From Eledone cirrhosa (taxonomy: Eukaryota): DNA of 64,000 nucleotides. Location of the stretch: assembly GCA_964016885.1 (NCBI GenBank), contig OZ024754.1:30504001-30568000 (forward strand), given 5' to 3'. Position numbers and translations under genes: made by a program. The notes beneath the pieces were generated by a model, which was given only the letters and a program-made list of their open reading frames with translations, made no database searches and had not been told where the DNA came from. Within the stretch, counting starts at the first letter, position 1; every line of letters starts with the position of its first letter. Positions 62,491 to 64,000 of this stretch are shown one piece after another.

Positions 62491-63039
62491 TGTGTGTGTA
62501 TATTTATGAATGTATGTATATGGTTATATGGTATATGACAACCATATGCATACAATAAATTCTCACACATATACATATATTTATTCACAAATACACACAT
62601 ATATATGCATTCATTCTTGAATAATCACATACATACATTCATTCATAAATACATACATATATATATATATACATTCATTCATAAATACTCACACATATAC
62701 ATACATTCATTTATAAATACTTACACATATATATATACATTTATTCACAAATACATATATATATACATTCATTCACAAATACACATATATATACATTCAT
62801 TTATAAATACACACAGATAATCTTCTATTTCCATCTTATTAAGTTAGGTTTCCTATGTAAGAAATTTTCATGATTGTTGTCATTATTATAAAGACAATGG
62901 TAGTGGTGAGAACTTCAAAGATAATGAAAGGCTGAATTTAATGCCTCATTACAAGTGAAGTCCTAAAATCTAGGGCCATTGTTCCCTAGGAGCCTTCAGG
63001 GTTGATAAAGCAAATGTGCTTATTATTATTATTCTTTTG

Positions 63040-63272
63040 AAGGAGCGGAGATTGTCAGAATCATTGAAGCATTAGATAAAATGGTTTGTGGCATTTAGTT
63101 ATGGCTCTTTACATTAATTTGACTTTCATTCTTTTGGTGTCAATAAAATAAAGTACTGGTCAAGTATTGGGTCAGTTTGATGGACCCCCCTCCCCCATCC
63201 ACACACAGATACACACACACATGCACACGCACAAAATTGCTGGTCTTGTGCCTTAATTAGAAACCTTTATTA
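63040..63272 (+). mobile_element. Old SINE family B copy
   Basis: gtcaataaaataaagtactgg..aaaattgctggtcttgtgccttaattagaaacc. Confidence 0.7.
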
Positions 63273-64000
63273 CTCCTTTGAAAAATGTTTGTGTTTTATT
63301 CTACAGTGTATGCGGAGCCTTTTCTTCTGGGTATTGCAACAGGTTAGGGAACTTTGGAAATGGAGATTAAAGTCAATGAAGAAGAGGAATTATTCAGTTA
63401 CAATATTTAGTTTCATTTACCTCAGTATGTCAGGGTTCATATCTTACCAATCTCAATTTTGCCTTTCATTTCTCCATAACCAACAATAATATATATATAT
63501 ACTGGAACTGATTCAATCTATGTAGCAATTCCTTTACAGTAGCTAGCTTTGTTCCTTCTCAATGAGGAATCATTTATTGTGATCAAAGTTTGATTATCTG
63601 GGATTAGTAGTGAGTCTGTCTAGATGTTTTAGCTGTAATTATTTCAGTGCCTCTAACTTCAAACAAAATATTTTCAAACTGTAAAAGATCAAAAGAAAAT
63701 ACAAAAATCCCCTGACAGTTAGATATTTGACAGAATATCTGAGGACTGAAAAATAGCAAATGAAAGAATGTGTGATAAATGCAGCATTTTTACAATTTAT
63801 TATATTATTACATACTGTAAAGGCTAAAAAAATATTTTAACATTGTAATAAATTTAAAAAAAAAAAATTTTTTTATGATAAAATTTCATGTAATATATTT
63901 TATGAATGTAAAAGAACAAAATAAAGTATTGTATAACTGCAAAACATCAAATTATTTCACATTTTGTCTGTCTACGCAGATAAATATTTGTATATATAGC

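Overview
AT-rich eukaryotic (animal) genomic DNA, most likely intronic or intergenic sequence of a cephalopod such as Octopus. That assignment is inferred from the SINE families and the extreme microsatellite load and is not proven. No host gene, rRNA, true tRNA or CRISPR array can be confidently identified. The window is a mosaic of (TA)n/(TACA)n/(CAT)n/(ATT)n microsatellites, several minisatellites (23, 40, 42, 50 bp units) and transposons. The transposons are: two RTE-clade LINE families (one 5'-truncated copy with an uninterrupted ~1000-codon APE-RT ORF), a near full-length Tx1/L1-clade LINE sitting in (ATT)n between remnants of relatives, R4/Dong-like REL-endonuclease fragments, Penelope-like (RT + GIY-YIG) fragments with minimal hammerhead-ribozyme motifs, three kinds of tRNA-headed SINE, non-autonomous Helitrons and mariner-like MITEs. 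Most notable observations: (1) a 53-nt GT-AG intron-like segment between ORF1 and ORF2 of the Tx1 element whose removal would delete a stop codon and join the upstream frame in frame to ORF2, with the donor and pyrimidine tract retained in a diverged second copy; (2) at least four dispersed minimal type-I hammerhead motifs plus families of short internally inverted repeats in (TA)n; (3) modular exchange of RTE 5'-UTR and 3'-tail modules between LINEs and SINEs; (4) a 200-bp orphan hairpin; (5) a fold-back extension of a Helitron 3' hairpin. All coordinates were read by eye; element boundaries are approximate unless termini are quoted.
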